Position numbers and translations under genes: made by a program
Notes under the pieces: generated by a model
Databases searched by the model: none
Told to the model about the DNA's origin: nothing
What the model saw: the letters and a program-made list of their open reading frames with translations, nothing else
Shown: positions 35,272 to 49,704 of the stretch, piece by piece
How the letters are laid out: the number at the start of each line of letters is the position of its first letter
Position numbering within the stretch: the stretch's first letter is position 1
Assembly (NCBI GenBank): GCA_905178155.1
Contig: CAJINV010000001.1
Coordinates: forward strand, 12,011,832 to 12,075,831
Length of the DNA: 64,000 bases
Direction: 5' to 3'
From: Amoebophrya sp. A120
Taxonomy: Eukaryota; Protista; Dinoflagellata

Positions 35272-38200
35272 ATGAGGGCGGAAGCTTTAAGGAGTCACGA
35301 GCAGCAGGCACAGGTCGCTGAAATTTGCGCCGCGCTGCGTGCTGCGAAACTAGAGGCTCTTGTCGGTACCATTTCTCCGTCATTCGTGGCACAGCATGGG
35401 ACCGACCCGGTGGCGATCTGCGAGGCCTTGCATTTGAAGCAGCTTCAGCGGAAACGGTTTTTGCAGGCATGCCGGACACCCCTCGCGACCACCGCAGCGT
35501 ACGTAGAAAATAACACAGCTGCGGGCACAGCCACAGCCGGCGGTGGCGTCGGACATCCCGTGGCGTTCTCACACATGATGCGGATGACATCGCACTCCGC
35601 CTCAACCACCATTCCGCAGTCGACGGCCTCCTGCGTCTCCGCGCATAGCCGTCACCATTTTTTCTATGATGACACAGAGGCTGGTGCACATGATCATGAC
35701 CAAGAAACTGTGCCTCCAGAAGATCATGATGAGCACGTAACACATTCTGGATGGCGGGAGGAGGAGGTGCATGGCCACGACGTGTACGAGAAAAACAAAA
35801 AGCACGTCGCAAGACTTACGGTGGCAGCCTTGAGTGCCTTGCGGAAGACTACTAGTAGTGGCTCCAAGAATCGTAAGGGGAATCATCGCGATGCGTCACC
35901 CGGCGACCACACGACTGCTACTCCGGCGTCCAGCCCGGCGACAGGGGAATTCGAAATTGAACTCAGAGCACGAGACGTCGGGTTCGGCTCCTTTGCTGCT
36001 GCAGGAGGACCACCAGCCTGTGCTGCTACTACAACTGGTTCTTTGAATCAGCAAGAAAATGCAGTAGAAATGAAGCAACGAGCAGATGACTCTTCAATCA
36101 AACATCCGGAAGCTGCAATCATGCCAGATTGTAGTTCGACCATTTCTCTTGGCATGGCGCCCCCGCTCCTCCGAGAACAAAACGAGGAAAGCGAAAAACC
36201 TACTGCGCCCGGCGATGCTCCTGTTGCCTCTTTGACGAGGACCGCAGGTCCGTCGCAGATTTCTTCGTTTTGCGTCCTTCGGAAAAGACTTGACTCAGTG
36301 ATGAAAAGCCTGCCCAACCATCATTCCGACAACGAGGCGACGAAATTGATGGTGCGTAGGCTCCGGGCGGTTTTGCTGAAGGAGGAGAAAAAGTTGGAAA
36401 CGCTGGAACACGCGGTCAGTGTGAATCTGGAGCTGGCCGTCCAGGCCTGTGCAACCGACCAGCACGCTGTCGTGCGGGCACCATCGGCGAATACGACCAC
36501 GCTGCACGATTGCCAGGCGGAATTGCTCGAAAAGATTCAAAATGTAGAGAACGCTCTGGCATTGAAAAAGTCCGCAAAACAGACGCCGAAGGGGGGAGAC
36601 AGAACGACTCGATATGATCCTCGCGGATGCGATGATCCGGCTCGGCGTCGGCCGGAGCAAGATGCGGTCGCTGCGGATGCCGAAGCTGTTCTTCGGCAGT
36701 TGACGTCTGTGGACTTGCTGGCTCTTGCGGCAAATTTTTCGAGCAGAGAGGACGACCGTGCTGTGCCGCTCGAACAACGGTTGGACCGACTGACTGACGG
36801 GCTTCAAGAAGTCGGTTGCTGCGAAAGCAATCAGAACGAGCTGCACCTTCTTGTGACCTCAACCCTGCCGACGGAAGCAGCAGGAGGTCATGCTTTTGAT
36901 TCAAACCAAAGTTGTGACAAGTTGGGCAGCATCCGTAGTGCTTCAAGCTGTGCCTGCACTGATTTACTCACAAAACACGCCAAAGAGCTGCACGAGCGCA
37001 TCTCTGCGACACGGGAACAAATTCGGATGGCGCTGCAAGATGACAGGCATGGTGATACAGAGACCGCACTAGAGGGAATCCGATTGAACATGCCTATAGC
37101 GCTACGCTACCCTCGATTCCGCGCACGCGCTGCGGACCGGGAGCTGGCCGATGCGCTCTTGCAAAGTTACTTTTCTGCCACCGGGCACGTGGCCGCGTTT
37201 GCGGAGTTTTGTTTAAACGGCGAAGCTGAGGCAGCTGTTGCACATGAAGATGCTCAGAAAGACCACAATACGTCCCCACCTCCGCGGCCTGAAGATACTA
37301 CCGCGACCAATCGGGCCGCACTTTTGCAGCGCGCCTGGGCACGGCACCAGAGCCTCAGAGACAACTTTCGCCCTCCCACAACAGCGGGCGTTCTTTCCGG
37401 CACAAACTCCAGTACTCGAAAACAGTTAGAGAAAGCTGTATTTGCGAGATTGGCCAGGGTACATGCGAGCAGAAGCGGAAGCAGACAGAACTCCATAGCA
37501 TTCTCGCCGGCGAAAGAACAGGGTTCCATGCGGGCCGCGCTCGGGCAGTGGCTTTGGCTCGCCATGTTTCGACCAGAAGAGTTCTTGCAGCAGCTTCCAG
37601 CTACGTGGTTGGAACAAACGCAGGATCAAGCAGAACAACATCTCTTTTCTGGCATAACGCAAGATCGTGTAGTTGAAAAAGGAGAAGGAGAAGCACAGAA
37701 AGATACTACGAGCGCCTGCTCTTCGTCAGTCCCTTTCCCTACCGCGCCGGACATTTCCTGGCCCGGATTCTGGCGCGAGGTCACAGTGAACGTGCGTGGC
37801 GCCACGTTGTCGAGTAAGGAGGGCGAAGAGGCGTACTTTCGAGAAGTTGCCCATGGAAGTGCAAGTGCCGCGTCTGAGTTGGAAGATACTTTCCGATGTT
37901 GCCCTTCAGTGAAAAATCCTGGAAAACTACGTAATACGGTTCACGAAAGAACCAGTGAAGATGCGGACGTCGAGCCCTGGAAGAGCAGCGGGGCTGCCAT
38001 TTCGTCATCTTTGCCGGCTTCTCAAACAAAAGCAGCTTTTGCGGCTGTGCTCGTGCTCCGGAGACTTTGCGAACGATCGTCGCCCGAGTTGAAAACCACA
38101 GCAGCCGATCTGGTTGATCTTCTGCGCAGTCTATGTTTGATTTTGCCGTCTTTCGTTACAACTTGCTGTCTCACCTCCAACGGACTCGCTGCGATGCGGA

Positions 38201-41200
38201 CCCTGCTGCTATCGTCATCGAGCAGCAAGAGTGGCAGGCTGCGGCAAGAAACCGAGGGCTTTGATTCATCTGAAGGAGCTGCAGTTGCGACCACCGGCGT
38301 CGAGCCCTCTCTGACAAAAGGAAAAGAAAAAGTATTAAGCAGCTCTTTCTCGCATCAAGAGGAGGGAGGAACTTGTTCTGCTTTTTCCAAAAAAAATGCA
38401 GGCTTTTTTGAGCAGGGTGCAGATGCGTGCATTGGACAGAAAATCCTTCTTGCGTGGACCAATTTCGTACTCAACAACGGGCACCTGCAAGAAATCGAAA
38501 CCGCCGAAAAGCGGTTTATTGAGGAGCAGGAAGCTGCCGTACAACTCGCCACCGCGCTGCAAACCGCTGTCGCCACCTCCCCAAAGGTGATGCGCAATTT
38601 ACACGATGAACTGAAGCTAGACCATGTCTCGTCCTCGCAGCGGGATCATGCCGAAGCAAGTGGTGAAGTGCATCACTCCGCGCACGCCAGCTCTGGTGAC
38701 GAACAAGTCAACATGATGCATGCGGCTCTAGTTGCGTATCATGCGGTTTCCCCGAAGAGATTCTTCGAACACAAGCTGCACCGGGCTTCGTCGCTCATGT
38801 CGCTTGTGCCACTCGTCATTCGGCTGCTACGGACCTACACGGACACATCTTCAGAAACGGAGGCGCTGCTGGATAGTTTGGTCCGATCGCACGAGAAGGG
38901 CGTCCCGCGCGGGCGTGCGCAAAAGCATCTGATAGAGGATGCCGCAAAGTGGGTCCAGACTGTGGCACTGCCTGCGTGTCACTTCCGCATCCCCGCAGCA
39001 AGGACTACTGCAAAGTCCGAGTCAAAAATCTGGCTTTTCCAAAATAAAATACCAACGCCTGCTAGCGTTCGTGCGGCGCAGAAGTTGCTCACAAAGATTC
39101 TCGACAGTTGTAACAAGCAGCTGCAGACGACAGTTACTGTTGCCCGGGCATCCCGAGCCGTTCAGCTCTCCTTGCGAAATGACGTTAGCCATCCGCATCT
39201 GAGCGAGGACGTGTCCGCCGTGCAGGAGGCCGCTTTTTGGGTGCTCGACTTTCTTCCGCGGCGACTAGCACTGGAGGATGGCCAGCTCGCTACAGCTCTA
39301 TCGGCACTAAATTGGGTTACAGTTGTCTCTGGTACAACGACAAACCAAGAACGTGCATGGCAAACGGAACAAAGAAATGAAGAGGCAGTTGTGACGTCGT
39401 CGGCCTCCCGGAGAGGAAATCTTCACAACGACGCCGCGCAAGACGACGACTCAGACGTCGCACCGTCGCCAGCGTCCTCCAGTTTCTCACATGTAGTGGA
39501 CACCACGATGCACCAGCACCTCCTACCCCGACAGGTGAGTCGCGAAGTTAAAGCGCGGCAGACGCAGATTATCGGAGGTGCAACGCCGGCGGTGCGGGAT
39601 GAAACTGATTCGACTCCGCGATTATCGCCTACCATGGATCCTTTCTCGGGTCGGATTTCCCTGGGTGAGGGTAGCGGCAGCAGCTGCAGCCCGGAGCCGC
39701 GACGAGGAGGTCCTTCGGGGCTGGCGAGGAGTTTCCCAAAAGCCTCCGCGGAACAGATCTTTGCGCCGCTTCGTGGTTCCATTAGTCAGGACGATATCAA
39801 AAGCAAAAAGGCGCCTGCAACTTTTACGCAGCTACACGATCCGCACGTGGTGGTGCGTCAGTTCGAAGAGGTTCTATCGCTGCTCCCAGAGGTCGCGGGG
39901 CACCAACGACAGACTCGTGATGTTGTTGTTGAGATGGCGGATTTATTTGTGCAGAAGAACAATAAGCTATTCCCGGATAGCCAGCCTGGTATTCGGGTAG
40001 CGGAGGAGTATGTTGCAGTTGTTCGTCCGGCGCTTGACCGGATGAGCGAGTCCTTGCAGAAAGCCATCCGCAAGGGAACCGTGGCCGCACTGCAAGCGGG
40101 TCTCGATCGCTACCGGCGGAAACTGTACAAAGTCGCACAGGGGACACTCTTCGTACAACTGAAGATGGAAAGTGCAAGAACATCTGCCGAACACGGAAGA
40201 GATGTTTCGGAGGACCAAGAACCATGTTCGAAGAAAGGGGACGCTGAGCACGAGCAACAAATTATCCACCCGCAGAAAAAAGCTACCACATTTGCAATGA
40301 AATTGAATTATGAAAAAATTAAGAGATACACTTCAAAAAAATCTTGTATAACGGCTGAACCAGCATGCTGAGGGCGCATTCGTGTCACATCATTAAATTC
40401 ATTTTCGAATTGAAAAGGTGTTATGCTAGTAGATTTTTTCTGTGGGATACAAGTCGAAAGTTGTTTTTTCCGACCCAGAAGCCAGAGCTTTGATCAGCGG
40501 ACACAAGCTGCGGACCAAAGTATGACATTCAGCTTTCCACCAGTGTATGAGCAAGCCGATACCATGTTGCGGCAAATGGTGCAGAGTCGGCTAACCGCCC
40601 AGGCAGCGCTGACCCGTGCCATGGAATCGCGCGACGCAGAGCAGCTCCGCGCCGCACTCAACCGCGCGCGCGTCGTCGGCTTGGAGCCGGAATTTTGCGA
40701 ACCCGCGATGACCATGTTGGAGCATGGCACTGCCCAGGACGGGAAGATGCAAGTAGCCAGCACCGACGCCGCGTTAGCAGGCCGGCAAGAAGAGTCGCAT
40801 CCCGCACAAAGCGGGACGGACGAGGACTCGGAAACAGATGAGCTGGCTCGACAAGAAAATGAGGACCGAGCAGCACGCTTGCAACGAAAACTGGAAAAAG
40901 GCCCGCAGAAATGGAGCTACCAGGCGCCCGGCATGACGGCGGCTCAGAAAAGCCGGCTGACGCAACACTACCGAACTGTCGCTGCCCAGTACCAACAAGG
41001 AAACAACCCGAAGAAACAAGCACTTGAACAAGACGACACTGCAGAAGCAGAAGATGCTGAAACCGCTATGGACGCCGACACCACGGCTCTCTTCACTTCG
41101 ACAACTCCAATTGCCGACCCTGCCCTACCGGGAGGAGACCGGGGTGCGCAACGCACTGGCTTGATGCATCATCAGGTGAGCCGATTTCTGTTTGAAGTAC

Positions 41201-42808
41201 TACATAAATAAATTTGATGCACGTTGCCATCGGACTGATGAAGAATGTGCTGACGACGTTTTGCTCTTGTAAGTTTGCTGCTTGAGGAGCGCGACATGAT
41301 GAATTTGAAAACTGCAGGTGATTGACGCGAAGCCGCGCAGAAAAGCAAAGGGAAGAATTGGCGACGCCACGATTTCCATCGAGCCGAGTGAGTCTCCTGA
41401 TTTGCACCGTTCCAGACCGCCTTCGGCACGCAGTTCTTCAGCGACGGTCTTTGCTCATTTCAGCAGCGCGGGAGGAGCGTTGCAGCGTAGCGAGTCCAGC
41501 GTGCCGAGTAACAATGCCTTGGACCACGTCGTCGGAGACAAAGCTAGTATGGCGAATAAAGGAAACATAGGCGAGGGCATCGGCGTGGAGGCGGTGTCAC
41601 CGCCCACACAAAATCATGCCGCTTCGGTTTTGCCGACCGACGATCCTTTCACATTCCCGTCACTCGGCCCGATCGGTGGGTCCTCTTCTAGCACAACTAC
41701 TTTCGGGCGCGGCAATACGAGCTCCTACAGCTCGCAGTTTCAGCAGCGCCTACAAAGCCAGCCGCTCGACAGGTCCCCGCGCGACCAAGTGGAGTTGTTT
41801 TCCTTCCGTCCCATGATCACCGTCCCCGCTCGCCGTTGCTTTCTGCACCTCGACTCGCACCTGCAGCTCGAGGCTGGATGGTGGGGCATGCGTGTGCTGC
41901 AGGCGCACCAGGCCGACCTCCGCCGTGGGGACACCATTGCGACGATTGGGCGCGAATCGCTGCAAGGATTTGAAGACTTGGCGGAGCTGCAACGCCTGTT
42001 TGAGGAAAACTATTGTTCAGACCTCACCCCGATCATCGTGTATCCCGAGGCCAAACTCGAGGGGGTGATACCGCACGGCATTTGCCAGCGCGGACTCCCG
42101 GACGACTTCTACGAGGATTTGGAGGCCTGGCAGGACGGTTACCAGGTCGACGCAGAAGTGGTGATGGCGGAAGACTACGCAAATTCCGCCGGGTACAATA
42201 GCTGCCCGCATATTTTTAACAATGGTGAGCAAGCCAGTGTGCTGACCGCGCACAGCAGCAGCGGCGTCCTCTCGACGTCGCACCTCCACGAGAGCAGCTG
42301 GAGTAGCAGAGAGGAGCAGGTGGACCACAATATGTCTTTTTCGCTTAACAACTCGGCTGCCTCCTGCTCCTCGTCGTCCCGCTCCCAGGGCGGAGGAACG
42401 GCAGGTGGACACCTGCAGCAGCACGATCTGCTGGTGGTGCGTGGCTGCGAACAGGCTCTGAATGCGGGCGTCGAGGAACTGACGCACCTTGTGGAGCACT
42501 ACTTTTGCGGCTCCCCGTTGTCCTGCTCGTCGGTTTCCAATGATGCGGCCAGTCGGAAAATTTCCCCCTTGACAAACAGTTCGAACCACCCCGTGATCAT
42601 ACTCCAGCGGGCTGCCACCACCGCGGGGGGGAGTGCCACGGGTAAAAAAACGGCGGCTCACCAGTTTTGTCCCGCTCCCACAGCGGCACCAAAATCCGCT
42701 TCCAGTCCCGTACCTATTCCTGCGGATCCGCGGAAGGTTGTTCTCGACGCAGATACTACTTCCGGTGTGTTCACCCAGAGCGAGGGGCCACACGAGGAAG
42801 AAGAGTAG
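35272..42808 (+). CDS. Large hypothetical protein with N-terminal SAM-like motif and C-terminal PDZ-like segment; exons ~35272-40152, ~40552-41175, 41318-42808 (first intron boundaries uncertain)
   Basis: ORFs 35272 and 40423 share a frame; clear phase-0 GT-AG intron 41176-41317; ICEALHLKQLQRKRF (SAM-like); GMRVLQAHQADLRRGDTIATIGRESL (PDZ-like). Could instead be two genes. Confidence 0.6.
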
Positions 42809-44252
42809 AATGTGTGGCGCAACGACAAGATCAGATGTCAAATTTTGCAATCACGAGAAGCGAGCCGACGAAGTGAAGTGTGGCGACGACAACTTCTGGA
42901 TAACCAATTTTTTGCTTTTGCGTTTATATCGCGTTTCCCTTTTGCTTTTCCGATTCTAATTCGATGTTGTGTTGATAGGATACTAGCATCAATCGCCCGC
43001 ATCAGCAATAGCATGCGCTTTCTTTTTTCTATTTCTCGCTACAGGTTGCGTTCGAAGTGATACTTCTATCTAAGTACGATGAAGTAGCACAGTGCAACGC
43101 ATTCATTTCTGACGAGAGTAACTAACAATTGGGGAGAACGTACAAATACAAAAGTTTCCCTTTCACATCGATATTTACAAAGTGGAAAATTTCTATCGCA
43201 TTCCAAGATAATATCTGTGGCAGTGGCTGCAACAGACCCTCGCGCTGAACTGATATACGACGAGCCGATGTTTTTTTTGCCGATTCTGCATACAAATAAC
43301 ATCATCTATCATCGGCTGTTGCCTGTACCTGCCGCGCGCTGCGATTTTTCATTTGTAGTTGCAGATAAGCCCTTTTGGCCATGTATATGTCTCACATAGA
43401 TAGTCTCCGGACACGCATGAGTTTATGTCTTCGGGGCCGTTCAGTTCTTCATCAGTCACAGGGGCAAGCGCTTCAAGGTTGCAGCGCTCGCCGCTGCAAT
43501 TGCGACTAGTGCGTTGATAATTGAAGCGAGATAAATCTAACGAAATGCTCATCATGTGTTATAGATCAGTGTGAGCTGCCGAAAATAAAAAATACTACGA
43601 AAGATATATGGGGTTCGTTACAAGCGTTATATAGAGATGATTCATTGAAATTTCAATTTCTTAGATAAGATATTTATAAAAACCGTAAAGAACAAATTGT
43701 GCGATAGCACGTTTTTTTCCAACGGATTCCAAACGAGTTTGTTTGATCTTAATGGGTTTAAATCATGTGGATGCGTATGCACATGATGAAAGAAAGCGAA
43801 AATAATGAGATAGAGCTTCTTGGCGAGAAACAAGATAGTGACAGACAAAAGACAACAGGGTCTTGCGACATTACTTAGTCTATTTGTTATTGTTCTTCGC
43901 AATAGCTCTTGCATTCCGGTTTCTGGCGTTCTGTGTCAGCAGGTATTTTTCGTTCTTGAATTTAATTCTGTGTCTGGTTCTCCTGGTCCTGGGCCTAGAG
44001 GCCGGTGTCGTCGTGAAGCGTATTCAATGGAAGCAAATGTCGCGTTAATGTGTGGTCTTGGCTGCTTCTATCCAGTACAGTCTATGAACCTTACCTATGC
44101 AGCATCTCGAAGTCGGTCGACAAAGGCATCGGCTTTCAGCACTAAACTTCAGAAGGAACGCGGGTCCTTTGGAAAAATGTCCATGTTAAAAAAATGACGG
44201 AGTTAGACGCTCAATTTCTTTTGCTGCGGAGCGAAGTTCTTGCAAAGAGAAG

Positions 44253-45363
44253 ATGGTGCATGAAGACAATGCTACGGTGATGCGAGGTTCCCCACAGACC
44301 ACGATTGCATCTGAGGAAGCACGAGAAGGAGATTATAGCGTTGCCGAGAAGCCCGTGCACGATCAGATCGAAGTAACGATCGACATTGAAAAGAAAACCA
44401 GCAGCAGCATTCCCGTGGGCGACAATAACATTCAGCGAGGTTTGCCAATTCCGACCCCACAGCGAGAGGGACCACTGCTCCTTCCGAAGGTGGAACAAAT
44501 CGGGCACATTGATCCGATGAAATTGACGCGCGAGCAAGCTTTCTGCAAGTATGGGACGCTTCCTGGGAATGCTAGTACTGCAGAGCACGCTTATTTTCTC
44601 GGAGCCGGGAACAAAGCAGCGAGCGAGGGCGAACGCGAAGCTGATTCAGCAGGTGCAAGAACGAAGAATCGCCGAAGCAGAAGAGCCTGGTGCGGTTCGG
44701 CAGTAATCACGCTGGGAATTATTGCCGTGGTTCTGTGGTTGATGGCGGCGGTGCTGCTTTTGTGGTACGAGGTCCACAACCCAGCACCTGATGATGAAAA
44801 TCTCCTTGACAACTTTGATGCAGCCGAGTGGGAGAATGTCGGTCTTGACGATCTCGACAACCTCAACCTCAACGGAACCGGATATCACAGCGAAATGTTG
44901 ATGAGTCAAACCACCTTTGTAACCTACATAGTACAATGACAATGAGGATAAACATAATTGATAACTGCACCTGCACGTGCATGGTAGGCATGTATGGTCG
45001 AAAAAAAAAAGCGAGGACAGCTTTGGAGTTGCGTGGCATGTTAAACAGCAGCACCAGTTTTTCGCATGTTCAATACTACTAGCCTGAAGAAACAAAAAAT
45101 GAATCGGTGCAACATCTGCAAAGCGACAGCAACTGAACGCTCCCGTAATGGCTCTCCATTTTCGCGTCAATACTGAAAGTGAAACGAACGAGAATGCCAC
45201 CACCGTTGCACCCCCCGCTCCCGTAATGCTCTTGAATGGCGACAACGGGAACGGCGGCGTTTTCATCAATGGAGGCCCGGGACTCTACTTCAGCGTGAGC
45301 AATGAGACGTTCGTGAATCTGTTGCAGCTTGCCAACAATTTTAACCAGACTCTGAATTTGTGA
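44253..45363 (+). CDS. Hypothetical single-pass membrane protein; exons 44253-44918, 45130-45363
   Basis: Basic RRSRR followed by hydrophobic AVITLGIIAVVLWLMAAVLLLWY; phase-0 GT-AG intron 44919-45129 joins the 45148 ORF. Confidence 0.6.
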
Positions 45364-46747
45364 CGGACAGGAAGTAGAGACAATCGCCAATGCGCAGCAG
45401 TTCTTTCCGAAGAAACTAGTCTGAGGATGAACGTGCGACCAATACAAGGGCGCCATTTATGTTGGACGAAAATTGGAGTATGAAGACGAAGAGGGATAAG
45501 AATTGTTTTCGGGTGGTCCGTCGTGATGTTGGCGTGGGAAATCCCAGACCTCGCAGCGTTGATGTGGTGAAATATATTAGACCGCTTGCTGTCAAAGTCA
45601 ATGTCAACTTTTATTGTTCTAGTTCCTGCATCACCTTCGCGAAGTAGTAAGTACTCTAATTTTGCGAATATAGTTTTGCTTAGCTTAGGTCCGATCCCTC
45701 TGCTTTTTCTTCGTCGCACTTTCCTTCGCGCGCCAAGGAAAAGTCCGCAGCTTGAAGCGTTTGCGAAATACTTGAGAATACTTATATAAACGAATGCATA
45801 AAGTTAAAGTAGTTGAGAAAGGTTTTCTGTGCCACAACGGACCCAGAGGACGCAAGCAACGACCCGTGAAGAAATTTTGATGTTCTCGGTTCTCGTACAA
45901 TGAAGTTGGAAAGGCGTTTGCGCGTTTATTCAGCGAAATTAGTGTTACTGGTCAGAAGCAAAGTACTCAGTAGACCACAATATGGAATAACAGTACAGAT
46001 AAAAATTTGAACCTCAATAAAGATTTCTCTCGGTTCGATAAAAAAAAACCCGACAAATTATATCGGTTGATACCAAGAAGAAGCCAACAAGAACTTGCTG
46101 TGCAGAGTACTACTTAGCAGTGAACGAAGAATGCCACGACGTACGACCGCCATTCAATTTTGCATTTCGTCCATGATGCTTTGATTCCAGCGGTGACAAC
46201 ATGATGATGTGTGTGAGCACGACGACGCCTGGTTCAACCAAGCATGATTTATACTAGCAATAGTGCAAACAAGTCCAGTTAGTTTCGTACGACCAGTCGC
46301 ATCACACGCAAGCAAAAACAGCTGGACGTACACGCAGCTGTGGTTGTACTGGTCAGGAAGCTGTACGTTTTGAAGAATTACGTTTTGAAGGATAAGGAAA
46401 GAGAACGTTTACACTGTCGTAGAACTGCTTGACGTCCTAATGCTACGGTAGAGGCTAAAGAATTGACAAGGAAATATATAAGTAAGTTTATCACTGCTCG
46501 TCGTCATCTCCGCTGTACGTACCACCACCAAGAGTCAATCCAACATCTCGTTTTCAAGAAATCACGACTCCTCCATTGCTGCAGCCACCACCAATTTTGC
46601 AACCTCAACGCACCCGCTCCCTCCGCGCAACTACACCAAGTCCTTGCACTTGTGTACTAGTACGCAGCTGTGTTTTACTAAGTCTTCAGACCACATCTCA
46701 ACAGGCACAGCTTTTCTTAACACCTCCACCCGGGAGTCTGTAGTTGA

Positions 46748-47734
<987 letters not shown>

Positions 47735-49704
47735 GTTGCGGGGCGTTCTAAAACTCACTCTTCATTTGCAGCTGCAAGAACACCAGAATTTTTCTACGTA
47801 TGGAAAAACCGCGCGGCATGAAACTTCTGCACGCGGTGAAAATAGTTTTAGGAAAAATGTTTGCTAATGCATCCTCCCGCGACCACGACCAGCTTTTGAT
47901 GAAACGGAAATTATGCAAAGTTCATCTTTTTCTGTCACGACTAACACTAAATTTATTGTCTAACTATAGCAAAACTTAACTTGTCATGATTTATCAGTCT
48001 GCTACAACTTAAACCGTTTTTAGTATCACAATACGCATTTGGAATAGGTCGATACGTCGGCTGTAAAAGTGTCAATTGCTAAAAGTCAAGTCTACTACAT
48101 TAGATCTCTTACTAAAACCGTAAGAAGGACATAAATCGTATGCTACATCCAACAGAAGCTCCCCCCAAAATGCCGGCTGCCGCAGCAGTGCTTGATCTTA
48201 TGATTGCGAAGCAGCACGGTATCGATTTTTTAGCTCTCTTGTATCCACCCACATTTTTGTTGCCCCCCACGAGTAGAAATTAATTTGGACGACGGCGACG
48301 TGCGACCACTTCCACCCCCGGATAAAAGCGACACGACGACACTCGCGCAGCTGCCTCGAAAACGGAAGTGGAGGAACAGAAGATTGCACACTGTCGGGAT
48401 CTTCGATTCCAGCTATTTCCCAGCGGACAGAAGGTCGGGCTTTGGTGCAACAGCCACGTAGTTGTAGCTTCCGAGATCAGGAGGAAAATCTAGCACCAGC
48501 AGTATCGCGAGGAAACAAGGAAGGCCGCAGAGTAAGTTCACTAGGCTTGTTCGATCTTCTCGACTACGACTTTTTACCCCCCACCTTACAGGAGTTTTTC
48601 GAAAAAAAACCGCGATCCAAATTATAATCGGACGATGTTGGTCTCCCCTGATATTCAACACATCACGACCTCCCTGACTGCTAATGCTATTCTTTGGCTT
48701 GCACAACTCATTTTTCCCGTCCTCTCGCAGGGCGATGTTTGATGTTGCACCAGGACTAGTACGATAATTGTCTCCGCGTCGGCGTTGCTCCTGCACGACG
48801 TGCAATCGAGGCAGGGCGCCCTTGCTCTTCCTGCCACTTCTGGAATTCATTTGATGTTCCACTTTGGCGAAACGATCCAACAAGCAGATTCACCTGAATG
48901 ATCACGAAACGCGATGACGATCGTAGACATCAAGACTCCTTGACGGGATGCTGCACCAGTGAAGAAGCGCGCAGATGAAGATCTAGTTCTACTTTGTTAA
49001 GTTTCGTGACCGGACTCGGATTTGAAAAGATCTACTACGTAGTTGACGGAGAAAGTTCAGACGCTCTAGTTATTTTTCGCTTGGGTGCATTGACGAGATT
49101 GGTTCTTGCGATCCTAATTTATTCTGGTGTCGACCCGTAGTTCTGCGTGTATGGTATCCTTCATTCGCTTCACGCCAAAGATCATTTAGTTTTTGCTACT
49201 GCGTTGATCATCCCGCTCGGGATTTCAACTTGTATCATCGATCACACATGCTAAATTGTCTACTGAGCCTGTAGTGGTCTGACTAGGAGCTGGAGCATCT
49301 TTGCCATGAATATGTTTTAAAGATAGCGCACAGTTGTTGCGGTGGTCTTTTTTTAAAAATAATTTTACTCGAGTCGGGGTCTTTGTTGGGACCGCCGGTC
49401 AGAAGAAATATTACGGCAAATAGAGACATCGGAATAGTTTGGTGTTACATCTGCATTTTATTTTTCTGTACGATAGTAATTAACCGCTTTGGCTATGGTT
49501 ACGACGTGCGTGAGGTTAGCTGTCACAGCTTTGGAACTTTGAGCGAAACGCGAAAAGGCGCGAGCAAGCGAAACACGCGAAGCACGCAAGCGCGGCATCT
49601 TGTGCCGGCCCCGCTGTGCCTACGTCGGGATTGCATTGCGAGCGCCAGTTTTTACGTATCGAGGGGCGCGACAGGCCTCACGCGCGTTCATGTATCTATT
49701 TGCT

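Noticed and set aside
48413-48883. 156-aa minus-strand ORF as a second gene of the recombinase element
   Set aside because: No RT, RNase H, gag or other recognisable motif, and separated from the YR by AT-richer DNA.
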